DNA of 64,000 nt from Cirrosporium novae-zelandiae. Taxonomy: Eukaryota. The notes beneath the pieces are model-generated. The model was not told the origin of the DNA. It saw nothing but the letters and a program-made list of their open reading frames with translations, and searched no databases. Of this stretch, positions 24,761 to 38,198 are shown in pieces. Location: NCBI GenBank assembly GCA_026023565.1, contig JAPETS010000031.1, forward strand, positions 62,001-126,000, given 5' to 3'. Position 1 is the first letter of the stretch, and every line of letters begins with the position of its first letter. Both the position numbers and the translations under genes were made by a program.

Positions 24761-27700
24761 ATGCGCAGAAGGCCCTCCGGCTCTCCCATCGAGGACGAAA
24801 GCGAACCAACCGCTTCAGGAGCTCCCGGGGACCTTATCATTGATGGGGATCGAGAAGGGAGACCAAGTACTTCAGCGTTGAGGTTGGATGGCGCATTTGG
24901 TCCGGACAATCGTGTTCAAAGGAGAGAAGAGAAGGGAAATAATACCAAGCCTAGGAATCAGGCCGACTGGAAACCATCGCAAGATATTCACAACCATACT
25001 GAAAAACAACACCTCCAAGACGACATGATACCTTTCGCCAAAGGCGCTGCGGCCGCCATGGACATGTCGGAATCACGAAGACTACGACGATCACGAGTTC
25101 GAAGTCCTTGGTCTTGTTCCTTGTTGACAATTGCGACTGCCGCCTTATCTGCCCTTTTCCTCTTTTTCATCGCCAGCTCCTTTTCCAACCGCCAACTAGA
25201 TTCAAAAGGCTGTAATATGTCATACATGAGACCAGCCTTTGCGAAATTTTCGGATTTCGACACAGAGCACACTCGTTTTGCCAGCAAATACTCTCTCTAC
25301 CTATACAAAGAGCTAGGTGTGGATGAAGATCCGGTGGTAGGTACACACGGCCTCAGGTTATACCAACTTTGACTGATTCACACGTGCTAGGTGAAAGGAG
25401 TTCCCGTTTTATTCATTCCTGGGAATGCTGGAAGCTACAAGCAAGTCCGTCCCCTTGCAGCTGAAGCATGCAACTATTTTCATGATGTTGTCCAACACGA
25501 TGAGGCCGCCCTTCATGATGGAACGAGAAGTCTGGATTTCTTTACCGTGGACTTGAATGACGATATTACAGCATTCCATGGACAGACGTTGCTCGATCAA
25601 GCTGAATACCTTAATGAGGCTGTCGCCTTCATACTTTCGCTCTATCATGATCCCCAACGATCTAAGAAAAGAGACCCGAACCTACCAGACCCGAGCTCGG
25701 TGATACTTGTTGGGCACTCTATGGGAGGAATTGTGGCACGTACTATGCTCACTTTGTCGAATTATCAATCCAACTCGGTCAACACGATCATTACCATGTC
25801 GGCACCCCATACCAAACCCCCAGTTTCGTTCGATGCCGATATCGTTCGAACTTATAAACACATTAATGACTATTGGCGTAACGCGTATTCGCAGAAATGG
25901 GCCAATAATAATCCTTTATGGCATGTCACATTAATATCGATTGCAGGAGGAGGATTGGATTCGGTTGTACCTTCAGATTATGCCAGTCTTTCGTCGTTGG
26001 TTCCAGACACACACGGTTTCACGGTCTTTACATCGTCGGTTCCCAATGTTTGGACTGGTGCGGATCATCTTTCTATATTGTGGTGTGATCAATTCCGAAA
26101 GGTTGTCATTCCCGCCTTGATTGACATCATTGATGTTCGACGGCCAAGTCAGACCAAGCAGCGAGCAGAAAGAATGCGGCTGTTCAAGAAGCGGTTTTTG
26201 ACCGGCATGGAACCTATTGCTGAAAGAGCTTTACCTCAGCAAGAACCTACAACCTTGCTAACACTGGAGGACAATTCCAATTCCATCATATCTCAAGGCG
26301 AGAGATTAACATTACGAGTTCTTGGGAACTCGGGAAAGCCTAAGGCTCACCTGCTACCGATCCCTCCACAAGGCTTCCCTCGCGGAAAGAAGTTTACCCT
26401 TCTCTCGAATCAGAAGTTTGATGCTCCAGGCGAGAACGGGAATTTGGAAGTATTGTTTTGCAGCGTGTTTCCCCTACAGGCTGGGCATGCTGCCACTTTA
26501 TTTTCCATGAACATGGATCTCTCTGGCAACAGCTCTGGTTCAACTAGGCTGGCGTGCAAAAATGCTGCACCCGATGAAATCTTGTTACCAGCTTCAACTC
26601 CAACATCAAAGTATCCATTTGACGGTGTCCCGCCGTTTCATTATCTCCAATATTCTCTTGAGGACCTCGCAGAACATCAATTTGTGGCTGTCGTTGACAA
26701 GGCCCCTGAACCTACATCTGGGTGGGTTATCGCTGAATTCAGCGGCCAGCAAGAGTCGACTGTCAACACTGGAGTAGGACTATGGCGACTTTTGTTGGCT
26801 GGCATACATGTCAGGCTACCCGCTATGAGACCTCTGATGATGGACATCAAAGTGCCTGCCATTCATTCGAGCTTACTAGCATTTAAGCTTAGCTTAGGGA
26901 AACAAGCCTGTGGTGACGAGGCACAACTCTTTACTCCGCTTCTACGACAATATATCCCAGAGCCGTTTGAATCGAAGTACCACGTTAATGTTAAAGATGT
27001 TGACATTAACCAGCACGGACTCTCTCCGTTTATGCCTTCTCCTCTCCGTGGCAAAGCTTCACGGAATGGACTATCACTACAGCTTTGGTCGGATCCAACA
27101 TGTGAATCTGCCATGGATGTTTCTTTGACAATAGATATCCCTGGAAGCTATGGAAAGTTGTGGATGCGCTATCGAATCGCCTTCGCCGTTTTCCCTATCA
27201 TGGTTGTTGCTCTCGTCCTCCGAAAACAGTTTAAGATATATGATGAAACTGGGGTCTTCATCACCTTCTCTGAAGGCGTCGACTTATGCCTTCGAACCTC
27301 ACTACCTGTTCTTCTCTTAGCAATGACATTCTTAGGAATGTCACTCACAAGTTCCGGCACAGCTGGACGTGTTTCACCAGGGCTTTCTCCCTTTACCTGG
27401 CGACATAATGCAACCGAATCTGTTATTGATTATACTAAAAATGACCTGCTACTAGGCTCACAAGACCCGTTCTTTTGGTTCTTGGTTCCTTTGTTTGGGC
27501 TTATTAGTATTGGTATTGCCATTGCTGTAAATTATGTCGGTCTACTATTGGTGCAGATTCTCTCTACTATCTATAATCTACTTGTCTTCCGGCCACTTTG
27601 GCTCAGGAATGACGACAGAAGGTAAGTCCTCTAATCGAAAACCCTCACAAGTCCTGTCTGGCAACTAACCTCTGGACAGGAATGCAGGTCCAGCTTTTGC

Positions 27701-28347
27701 TCCCTGGTCCCCTCGATGGCGGATTATTTTCACAGCTATCCTTTTGTTCGTTGTTGCTACTTTTATACCCTATCAGTTTGCCTATATGGCTTCTTGCATA
27801 GCACATCTATTCACCTGCACAAGGGCTCTTCGGATAGCCCAAGAAACTGTAAGCGCGTTCCTTCTCACTTTGGAGTGCGGTGCACTAATACCATTTCTAG
27901 CGATCTGGAAACCATCATAATTTTTATAATTATGCTCATTCTATCCTTATTCTAATGCTCTGGATGGTTCCCATTACTGCCCCTGTCCTCATTGTCTGGT
28001 TCCATAACCTTGTTGCCCATTGGCTCACTCCTTTCTCCTCCCACCACAACGTCCTAAGCGTGGCGCCAATAATATTGCTCGTTGAAACGCTGACCAGCGG
28101 CTCCCTGATACCTCGAGTCACCAACCGATTCCGCCATATCACCGATGCACTCTTCTTCACCCTTGCTATCTTTGCAAGTATCTATGGTATCACGTATGCC
28201 TACTTGCTATACCATTTCGTCAATTTGGCAGCTGCCTGGTTGGTAGTGATACACTTTTCGACAAGTGATATCTCTCTTGCAAATCTCAGCAAGGTTCTGG
28301 AACTTGATGGTAACGAGGAGAAAGAAGGTGGGAAGAAGATACCTTGA
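24761..28347 (+). CDS. BST1: GPI inositol-deacylase Bst1/PGAP1 (exons 24761-25336, 25391-27621, 27680-27848, 27901-28347)
   Basis: GVPVLFIPGNAGSYKQVR, lipase nucleophile GHSMGG, ADHLSILWCDQ, N-terminal TM helix and multiple C-terminal TM helices; three GT-AG introns keep the frame. Confidence 0.95.
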
Positions 28348-29596
28348 GGCCGACCATTTTCTTCGTAACTTAACCTTTCTTTCTTGTGCATGAAGATGAC
28401 ATGCGCTGTACATTTCTCATGCGGTGGCGAATGGAACGAGTAACGACCGCCTGGCTTGGTGAACTTTCCTGGAAATGAGAACCAAAATCAAACATATCAA
28501 TATGTGCCATGTGGAATAAGAAAATCAAAAAGGGTTTGCCGAAACAAGCGCCGGGTTGTATATATGGTTACTGCTAGTTGGATTGTACATACGAAAAAGA
28601 TAAAAGGAGAGAGGGGGGGGGCGAGCATTGAGTCAGTGACGATGACATGTGCCCTGGGGGCCAAAAAAGTCAACTGACCATAAAAACGTGTCAAGGGCGA
28701 TTTCTTGATTGTTGGACGGATGATGGAACAGGGACGGACGGACGAACATGAAAAAGGGGGGGTTGGTTTTTTTTTCTGGGTTGAGAACTCTTGGGACTCG
28801 ATAGAGAAGGGGTGGGTGGGGGTATATGAGTGTATTTATGGTCTGCTCCCTTCCCTCTCTTTCTCTCTTTCTCTCTTTCTCTCTTTCTCTCTCTTTTGGC
28901 TGGCTGGCTGGGCTGGGTGACATGTGATGGGGAATGGATGGAGATGTGGACAGACTCACCCAATCGATATCGATGGAGCAAAACAAAGCAAATAACAGAC
29001 ACGCAACCAAGCAAATATGAAAAGGGAGAAACTGGGAGTAAACCAACCAACCAACCGATAAACACCGACAACACCAACACGTATCATCAACAACCAACAA
29101 CAACAAATAGGGAAAGGAAAGCAAGGGGGCCAGGCGCCACATATTATATGTTTATTATGGTACAGGATAGATTTTCTTCTTTTTCTTAACTTTTTTTTTT
29201 GACAGAGTGTCGTATAAAAATTAGGTAATGTTTATTGGCAAATATTTATGTGACTATGGATATGGAGCTTGAGATTTTTGTGTTTGTGTGTAGTAGGGGA
29301 AGGGGGGGGGTGGAGGTGGAGGTGGATTGTAGGTGTGGTGTTGAGTAATTGTATAGTACAGTACTTCTAACGTACGCACGTATTAACACCCGGCTGGCTG
29401 GCTGGACCAAAGGAGGGGAACTAATACTTCCTTGCTTCCTTGTTTGCTTGCTGTTCCCATTGATGTTGATGTAGTAGGTAGAGTAGATATACTGTACTTT
29501 ATTCCAAACAGGTAGGTAGGTATCTCGCGTACATGTATATATATATATATTTCCAATAAGAAAAGAAAAAGAAACCTCGATGCCAATTTCGATTAT

Positions 29597-32500
29597 TCAG
29601 TTTGTTTCGTCTTCGTTTTCTTCGTTTTCGATTTTGTTGTCGTCATCGTCATCATCGTTTTCTTCTTCGTCTTCATCCTCTTCATCATCCGAGGTTGAGC
29701 TCTCCCAAGGAACATCATTTACATATCTCGACCACAAACTCTTCATATCCTGTCCTTCCCCTTCAGCTGCTTCCTCCTCCATTAATCCAACAACCCCATC
29801 ACCCTCCTTCCAACTATCCCACGCGTCCAGCGTACACAAATGCCTCATCGTCGGTCTCCCATGCGGACAATTCCACGGCTTATCCAACCCCCCTAGATGC
29901 CTCACCACCTTCTCCATCTGTTTTGACGTCAATGTCTTCCCAATCATGATGGATGACCGACAAGCTCGCATCGCGAACATGCGGCGCACCTTTCCTGGTC
30001 GGGGGACATAAGATCCGGAGGCCGAGGAAGGGGAATCTGCAAGCATGGCAATAAGTTCCTCGAGGTCGCGAGTGTCGAAGACGACTTCACGGCTCATGGG
30101 GATACTGATCAGTTTGCAGCGGCGGCCTATCGAGGAGGAGCCGGTATCGTCGATGTGAACAAGGAAACCGTTTTTTCCGAGGGCCGTCGTGTTTTCAATG
30201 ATGATTTCTTCTTCCAAGGCGGTCAGATCGAGGGTGTGTGGTTTAACTAGTCTTTGGTTTTGTACAACGGTTTCTGCTTGTAGCCGTTCGAAATTATATT
30301 TTTCATCTGAGGCGTGCTGGTCGATTATGAATAGTTCGTCTTTGCTTCGGGTGTCCGGGTCATCTGTATTTTGCTGCAGATGAGGTCGCAGGGCAATAAT
30401 GAAGCCGAGATTGAACTGACCCAAAATTTGCATTCTCTTGAAATCATCCTTTAGGATCGTTAGGGAGAGTTGGTCCTCTGGAGAATGGCCTTGCGACAAT
30501 TGGATGTCAGCAGTAGAGTCATTGTTAATTGATCGTTGACTGGTTTCATCCAAGACATTTACTAAAATATCTATATTAGATAGGTTGGTATCTAATGATT
30601 GGATCAACTGAATGGTTGAATATATGTGCTGTCGCTTAAATAAATTATTTGTACGTTTGATATCATTTTCAGTCGGTGCAAGAGCTGATTGTTCGGCTTC
30701 TCGAATCATTTCTTGGACTTGAATCTCCTCCTTACGTCGCTTTTCGTCTTCATCAATGTAGTCGGTATCATTGTCGTGTGCTGATGTGCAAGTATCGTTC
30801 ACATTTTCTGACTCATTTTCTGATTCGTTATCTGTATGTTGGGTTGGTTCAGGATCGTTGGCATCAGCTAAAGAGCCAGACGCAACTATGTTATTTCTCC
30901 CTTCGTCTTCTTCATCTTCGTCTTCGTCTTCATCGGAGTTTTCTGATTCTGCAATCGACTTTCCAACCGAAGATACTTCATCGGATTCCATACTCTCGTC
31001 GATTTTTTGAGTACCTGGGGCTGTGAATGCTCGAAGACTTTGGCTGAAAATCTGGCTTGATGCATCGTTTTTAGGCTTACGCTGAGTAGGTGGCGAATGA
31101 TCTTGGACTTTTTGTCTTTTGGATGACAAGCTCCCAAGGGTCGATGTTACAGTCTTGTCACCTATAGTAATTGTTACATCATCTGCTGCAGTCCTCTTGG
31201 GCCGCACTCGAGCAAAAGCTTTCTGCAAGGGACCTTCCTCTGAATGTGCTGGTGTCTTGGTCACACTTGGTATAGGTTCCTCTTCTCCCTCGTCTATTTC
31301 TTCCTCGGAGTGCTCTATTATATTTATTTCTTGCCCCCTGCGCTGCTGTTGTGATGCGACCCGGTCATTGAAGTCCTGAACTTGAATAGCCTCTTTGGAA
31401 GGTCCCTGAGCGACCTCATTCTTCTCTACAGTCTCAATCACGTCATCGCATTCAGCTATTCCATGGTCTTCATCATGCTTCTGCGCAAACTTCCGTAACA
31501 ACTTCTCCTTCCCTTTAGATAATGAATCATCTTTAGGAGCTGGTGCTGGTGGAGTCTTCTCCGACCGAGTATCCGTTTTCCGATCGAGGAAGTTCTGTAT
31601 CAAGCTAGTGGCAGCGCTATCGCTATTCATCGAGACTAATGGTGCTGGTGGGCCGTTACTAGATAAATCTCTATTGTCACCTTCATTCTCTTCGGGTACA
31701 TGCTCTTTAGGTCTTGTCTCAATTGAAATCTCTCGGTTTATAGTAAGCTGCCTAAACATGGGTAACTTTTGCATTGTCACTTCTGACTGTGGAACAGTTT
31801 GGTCTGCATTATCAAATAACTCCGTAAGAGAAGATTTTAGACCTTCAAGCAAAGCGTTCTGATCATGTAATAAAATAGTTCGTTTGTCTGGCGAAACATT
31901 GACATCGTAAGCATTGGTGTCCATAAGAAGATTTGCGAATATGAATGGTGATTGAGTAATATTATATGATTTGTAAACCTCGTTGAAGACTTTAGATATC
32001 TGTGGCAATACACAAGGGCGGCCATTGACGAAGAGCATTTGCCGGTCAGGGGTTTGCCTCCCTTCACCAAATACAGGCCGTGAGACATGACCCAGTATTC
32101 GAACCTCTCCGCTTTCTCCTTTACCAGCGTTAGAGCTCCATTTCTGACCTTGACCTACAGTTAACTGCAATTCAAATTTAAGGTCAAGTGCAATAAGAGC
32201 TGGAAGGGTTTTAGCTCCGAAAACATTTGCTATGTTTTCTCTGGTTGTGGGGTTTCCATTAGTGGAAAAGGCAGTTGTGCTTCTTCCTTTTGAAGCTTGG
32301 TTTATCACTCTGAATCGAACCCGTACACTCACGCAAGCATATGCATGTAGCAGTAACAGAACTTTTTGATATTCCCTCTTGACATTCTTCTCTAGCTCCC
32401 TTCGTCTAACAGGTAGATTTTGGAATAGATTTTCAACGGTAACTGTCGTGCCCTTCTGACTTGCAACTACTTGTGTGCTCTTTAGCTTTCCCGATATCTC

Positions 32501-33057
32501 AAAATCGAGGCGTGTGCCTTTGGGTGCTTCGTTTGCTCGAGCCGTAGTAATGTGAAATTTCGAAAGAGCACATAATGACGAAAGTGCCTCACCTCGGAAA
32601 CCGAACGTATCGAGAGATGAAAGATCGTCATAGGTCGAGAGTTTAGAGGTATAATGCTTTAAGGCTTTAAAGAATGTATCAGTGTCTACCACACACGAAG
32701 AGGGTATGTACTTCAAAGAATGACATGACGTACCAACGGTCTCATAATTATCTGGAGCAATGCCTTCTCCATTATCCTGGACCTCAATAGAGTCTACCCC
32801 ATCCTTTTTGAAACGAACATCTATAACATTAGTTGGTTAGCTAGGAGCCGGTGTCATCTAGAAAGCTTGCTCAGACCAATAGAGGTTGCACCAGCATCGA
32901 GACTGTTCTCAACTAGCTCCTTCACTACTGAACATAAATCAACTATAACCTGCCCAGATTGGATTTGGTGGACCTGCAAAATATTAGCCTACTAGTCTAG
33001 AGCTCTGGCAAGACTTCTCTGTACCGATCGGCCTTCTATGGCCTTTATAGTAGCCAT
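29597..33057 (-). CDS. PMS1: MutL-alpha mismatch repair endonuclease Pms1 (4 exons)
   Basis: [53 protein letters not shown] ATPase motifs; [17 protein letters not shown] and CPHGRP endonuclease motifs; three 5' introns. Confidence 0.96.
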
Positions 33058-33563
33058 TTCAACCCATGGTTGCGGTTGGAAGAAGGAAATCCGAATTTAC
33101 TCCCAACCGCTTATATTGGCCTTGCCGAATTGACGATAGTTTAATAGCCGCAACTACAGTAGCCAAAACACACGGAGTGCAATTCGCTTGCAAGCCCATT
33201 TACACATCCCTATAACTTCCTCGAGTCATTTTACAGCCAATAAAATTTATTGATTTTCCGACAGAGGCGTCCTTCATGGACAGAAAACTACCGTAGACGA
33301 ACCATTTACACATTGAGGTCAAAGAAGGCTTTTACAGACGAGCTTTCTGGATAATTTCCATACTTCTCAATCTTAATTAACGCTATGGTATAAAAGTACT
33401 ATGCAGAGCCGTCCCCCGATAGCGCCTGTTCTGAGATTCAGCAATAGAAGACCGATCGTACCCAAGACGAAACCATCAATACACTATTGACTGTACAGTA
33501 AGCCAGATTATATCCAATTTAACTATTACCCAATAAAAGATATTTATTGCAAGGGGTCTACCA

Positions 33564-35163
33564 TCAATGACCGAATCGATCAGGCATCATAACCGGAGCC
33601 ACGAGGGACCAGAAATAAATCAGATAACAAACCCATGCGCTCACAATCTTTACCCAACTTGCCCAATAAGTACGTCCAACCGGGGCGAAATCTCCTTGAG
33701 CATCTGGATCAAGATTGATGTTCTGAGTTAGGAGGGTTGCTACCCACATCGTAGCTAACAGGAATATAATGTGGAAGAGACTGTAATCGTACTGGGTCCC
33801 CCCTCTCTCATCATCCTTAGCATCGCGGCCATCATCAGATTCATCATCGCTGTCATCAAGAGCACTTGCTGGTAGAGCGCCGCTTTCGATAGCAGCTTGC
33901 AAAGCATTAGCGCGCATTTCTCGGCGGCTTGCACTGGGCTGTTGAGTAACAAGACTATGTTGCATATCATCACCATTCAAGGGAGTATAGGAATTTCCAC
34001 CCTTTGAGCCGAGAGCAATGTTTTGGGTTGCAGCTCTTGTTGTGGTGTAAGCAATTGTGGCCATTGTAACGATAGCGCCAATCACAATTGAGGCGGTTCT
34101 GGTTCCACGAGCGCGGATGAGGGGATTGCAGTGGTTGTCATCTGGTTCCATGGACACCGCGGACATGGTAAGATAAGTGCAGTAGACGGCAACCATTGCT
34201 GACTGGGCAAGACCAGCCTGAGGATTATATTCCTGGACAGTGGGGTGAATAGATACGAAAGAGATGATAAGCATCACAAGAAGGTTGACCTGATAATTAT
34301 TAGCTATAGCCTTCCTAGTTAAATTGAAGATACTCACTGATATAGCGGTTTGATTCATGGAGCAGCCGCTGTTCGCAAAGAAAACGTACATAAGGATGGT
34401 CATAACGAATGATGCAATGTACATTCCCAGAGTTGATCCTATCAATAAACTTCTCCACATCCTTGATTCGGAGTCTTCGATTTTGTCAAGGCAGTATTCT
34501 GCCCAAGCATGTGCTAGATCCACCAGCAGAATCAGACCGAGGAGCAGAAATAGCATAGCTCCGACCAAGGCAATATACGTCCCGTAAACGTAAAAGAATG
34601 ATTCGGGAATGAAGAAGGTCAGGACCACAAATATCAGCCAGAGAATGATCTTAGGACCCCAGTAACCATTCTGGAGACCTGCTCGTCCATCTCTGGATGT
34701 TCGTACGCCAAGCAAGAGTATGGCTAAGATTAAATGAAAGAGACCTAGACCAAAGTTGATTCGATGAACTGCCATCCAGCCGTAGCAGTCTGATTCGCCG
34801 CATCTTATTGTCATATAGTCAAGAGTTAAATGTTCCAGCTTTTTGATGGCCCAAGGCGTGAGCATTATCCATGATGCGGTCGAGTTGATTAGAAGTATAA
34901 TGGCGTATGCGATACGAGTGGCCATACTGAAGTGTTATCAGAATATTGATCGTAGTATCTTCAAGGATATAGACAGACCTGCTCTGACATTTTCCGCAAG
35001 CGCTGCATACGGCTGAGCATGTTGCTGCCCCACAGCAACTCGCAGCAAAAGTCCCAAGCTGATGGTAGTTAGCAGATACTACAACACTGGCTGGGATTAA
35101 GTATCAACTGACAGTAGTTAAGCTAGGCAAAGCTAGCATAGGTAGGGAGAGTAATGCACCCAT
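33564..35163 (-). CDS. TMS1: Serinc/TDE-family membrane protein Tms1 (4 exons)
   Basis: MGALLSLP..., Cys-rich SCCGAATCSAVCSACGKC, SMATRIAYA, AVHRINF, SAVSMEPDD.HCNP, SWVKIVSAWVCY, PDRF C-terminus; includes 48-nt intron 34337-34290 read through by the ORF track. Confidence 0.93.
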
Positions 35164-36114
35164 ATTGAGTGTGGTGATATTGCTATCACTGAAGAGATGT
35201 CGTTCAGATAACTAAGTTGATATTTAGGTGATGAAGATTGTGAAAGGCGACGATGAGGGTCAAGACTCAAGGTTCAAGGTATCTAACTAATTAAGGTACC
35301 AAGGTGCCTAGAGTACTTGGTACAGAGGTAAGTGTGTCAAGGTTCAGCGGCGTCATTCGTCATCACTGGTAGCTGGTCACTGGTCATTTGCATCGGAACT
35401 ACAATAGCCGAGGCAGTGAAAGAACTACGGTCACTACTAGTCACGTGCTATGCTGGTGTTAGAAAGTACAAGAGAACACTGAAGGAGAACACCGAAAGAG
35501 ACACAAGAGGCGCCAGAGAGTAAGGACGACAGGGATCAAGGTATTCTCCGCTCTGTACTTGTACTTTATGTTGAGACAAGGAGTGGTTCATCTTCCCTTC
35601 CCTTCCCCTCCCTTTCTACTGGGAACTGACGTCGCACTGAAAATCCCTTGGTAGATGCTTCGAAAGTAGTTCGTAAGGTTGTCAATTCAGGAAAGAATTT
35701 ACTTATCGCAACGCTAAAAGTTATGCTACGAGTAACGCCGCGTCTCCGAGTGGATATGAAATGCCATCCACGTCAAATTCCCATCATCCTTTTAGAGAGG
35801 CGCTTCAACTGTACCACCCTGTTGGTCTTGGATAATAGAACTTTCTCCTACTAATTACTCATCTATCTCTTGATTTTCTTTTCTTTTTCAACCCTCTCTT
35901 TAGATAATACTCATCCTCAATTCATCTCTCCATCTATTTGCGTCACCTCGATCCCTTTTACCGACCCTATCCCTTTCCGAAGTTACAGAGTAAAACAGAG
36001 ATAAGCTTCTCCTGTCTCAAAGGAGGATCTTATCCTTTCCCATACCTGAACTCAATGATACTTGTCTAAACTACTGCGGGGTTCTCTGGGGCGAAGCCCA
36101 CAAAATAAATCAAA

Positions 36115-38198
36115 ATGTTGTCTGATAAAGCCCTTCAAAGGGGCCGCGTGCTTTCTGTGATTGCCGCTACACTCGTTGCCCTGGCTTGCGGTACAAATGT
36201 AAGATCGATATCGTCCAATTTGGCCTGATTAAAGCCTAATACATTGAATAGTACGTGTATTCAGCATGGGCCCCTCAATTTGCGGAAAGATTGAAGCTCT
36301 CTGCCACCTCGAGCAACCTAATCGGAGTCTTTGGGAACCTGGGAATGTATGGATCTGGCATACCTGTGGGCCTTTTGGTTGATGCAAAGGGCCCGCGATT
36401 TGGTGTTCTCATTGGGATATTGACAATTGGGCCTGGATATTTTGCATTACACAAAGGTCCGACGATGAAATCCCCCCTGAGTACCTTGATCTTACTGATG
36501 TATAACAGCATATGATGCTGGCGAAGGGTCAACGGCGATTCCGTTACTATGTATATTTTCGCTTATAACTGGTATTGGGAGTTGTGCAACATTCTCATCG
36601 TGCCTCAAGACATGTGCGACAACCCCCTAGGCCGTCAGCCGCCTATCCTTGCTAGATTCTGACCGCACTTCTAGGTGCCGTAAACTGGCCTGACCATAGA
36701 GGAACAGCAACTGCCTTTCCTCTTGCTGCATTTGGCCTCAGTGCCCTCTTCTTCGCAACCATCTCATCAATCGCATTTCCTAATGATACATCCGATTTCC
36801 TTTTTCTTTTATCTGTCGGTACTTTTAGCTTGATAGTCGTTTGCGCCTTCTTTCTTCGGCTCCTTCCTCAAACAACTTATGCGACCCTCCCAATGCATGA
36901 ACCCGACCCGATATTAGAAGCCAACGTCATTCATCGGACAAGATCCTCCGAGAGCAAGAGATACAGTTATAGTGCTAGCCGAATGTCTCTAGATCCAGGT
37001 AAGATTTCCAGTCCCTTTACCATTTTCAGAATCTAAGCACGTGTTCCAAGAAGCACCCAAAGATTCTTCTTCAATTTCCAAGGATGCAAAGGCTTGTGGG
37101 GTTCCTGAAGCAGATGCAAGCGAGAGATCGTCTTTGATGTCGAGGCCCTCTACACCTCATTCTGTGGACCTTGGCGATCCTGGTGATGATAACAAAAGTC
37201 ATTATTCAGCTCACTCACATCATTTAGATATTCGAGGACTTTCATTGATTCGCAAAGCCCAATTCTGGCAACTGTTCTGCATGATGGGTTTGCTCACCGG
37301 CATCGGACTCATGACTATCAAGTAAGTCTACCACCACTACTACATATATGGCATTAAACTAATAATTGGTAGTAATATTGGCAATGATGTAGGCAAATCC
37401 TGGTGTTTAAACTATATAGCGAGCTTACCATCTACTAGGCACAAGCCCTCTGGAAGCACTGGGATGATAGCGTAGATTCTGGCTTCATATCCAAGCGCCA
37501 GTTGACGCATGTTTCCATTCTCTCGTTCCTTAGCTTCTCGGGACGCCTTCTTAGCGGTAATATCCTTCTTCTATTATTTTCTACGTTTGAGACTTATTGT
37601 GTGCGTAGGTGTTGGGTCGGACATTATTGTGAAGAAATTGCAGATGTCACGTTATTGGAATATTTGTTTCTCAAGTATTGTCTTCCTCATTGCCCAAATT
37701 TTTGCCACCAACGTATCGAACCCACACTATCTTGTTTTCGTATCTGGACTCACTGGCCGTAAGTACATTCCTGCAATCTTTCTCTATCTTACCTTCGACT
37801 ATCTCTCTCCTCGCTGATACCACCAACTAATCCCCAATTTAGTCGCATACGGCTTCCTCTTCGGTGTCTACCCCTCCCTTGTCGCTGATGCATTCGGCAC
37901 TCCTGCCCTTTCCCAGAACTGGGGCTGTATGACCCTTGCACCTATCCTGATCGGCAATGTCTTTAACATACTCTACGGGCACATTTATGATGCCCATTCC
38001 TCATCTGGTCCGAATGCCGGTCCTGGTGGTGAGCGCGATTGTCCTGACGGGATCGACTGCTATCGCTCGGCCTACTATGTCACAACAATTGCGAGCTTGG
38101 TTGGCATATGTCTCAGCCTGTGGAGTGTTTATCACGATGAATATATTGTGAGGCCAGAGAGGGAGAAGGAAGCCTTGGCGAGAGAGCATGAAGGATAA
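36115..38198 (+). CDS. MFS transporter, Mch1/nodulin-like family (multi-exon)
   Basis: ALACGTN-YVYSAWAPQF, GNLGMYGSGIPVGLLVD, NWPDHRGTATAFPLAAFGLSA, GIGLMTI-NNIGND, SFSGRL, YGFLFGV, SQNWG; about eight introns including a 16-nt micro-exon near 37373-37388. Confidence 0.88.

Noticed and set aside
28632..28679. GTCAGT...ACTGAC hairpin resembling a C/D snoRNA
   Set aside because: Too short (~48 nt), no proper RUGAUGA box and no recognisable guide.
28456..29586. Overlapping ORFs between the convergent BST1 and PMS1 3' ends
   Set aside because: Low-complexity (CT)n, poly-G and (CAA)n sequence; typical 3' UTR/terminator region.
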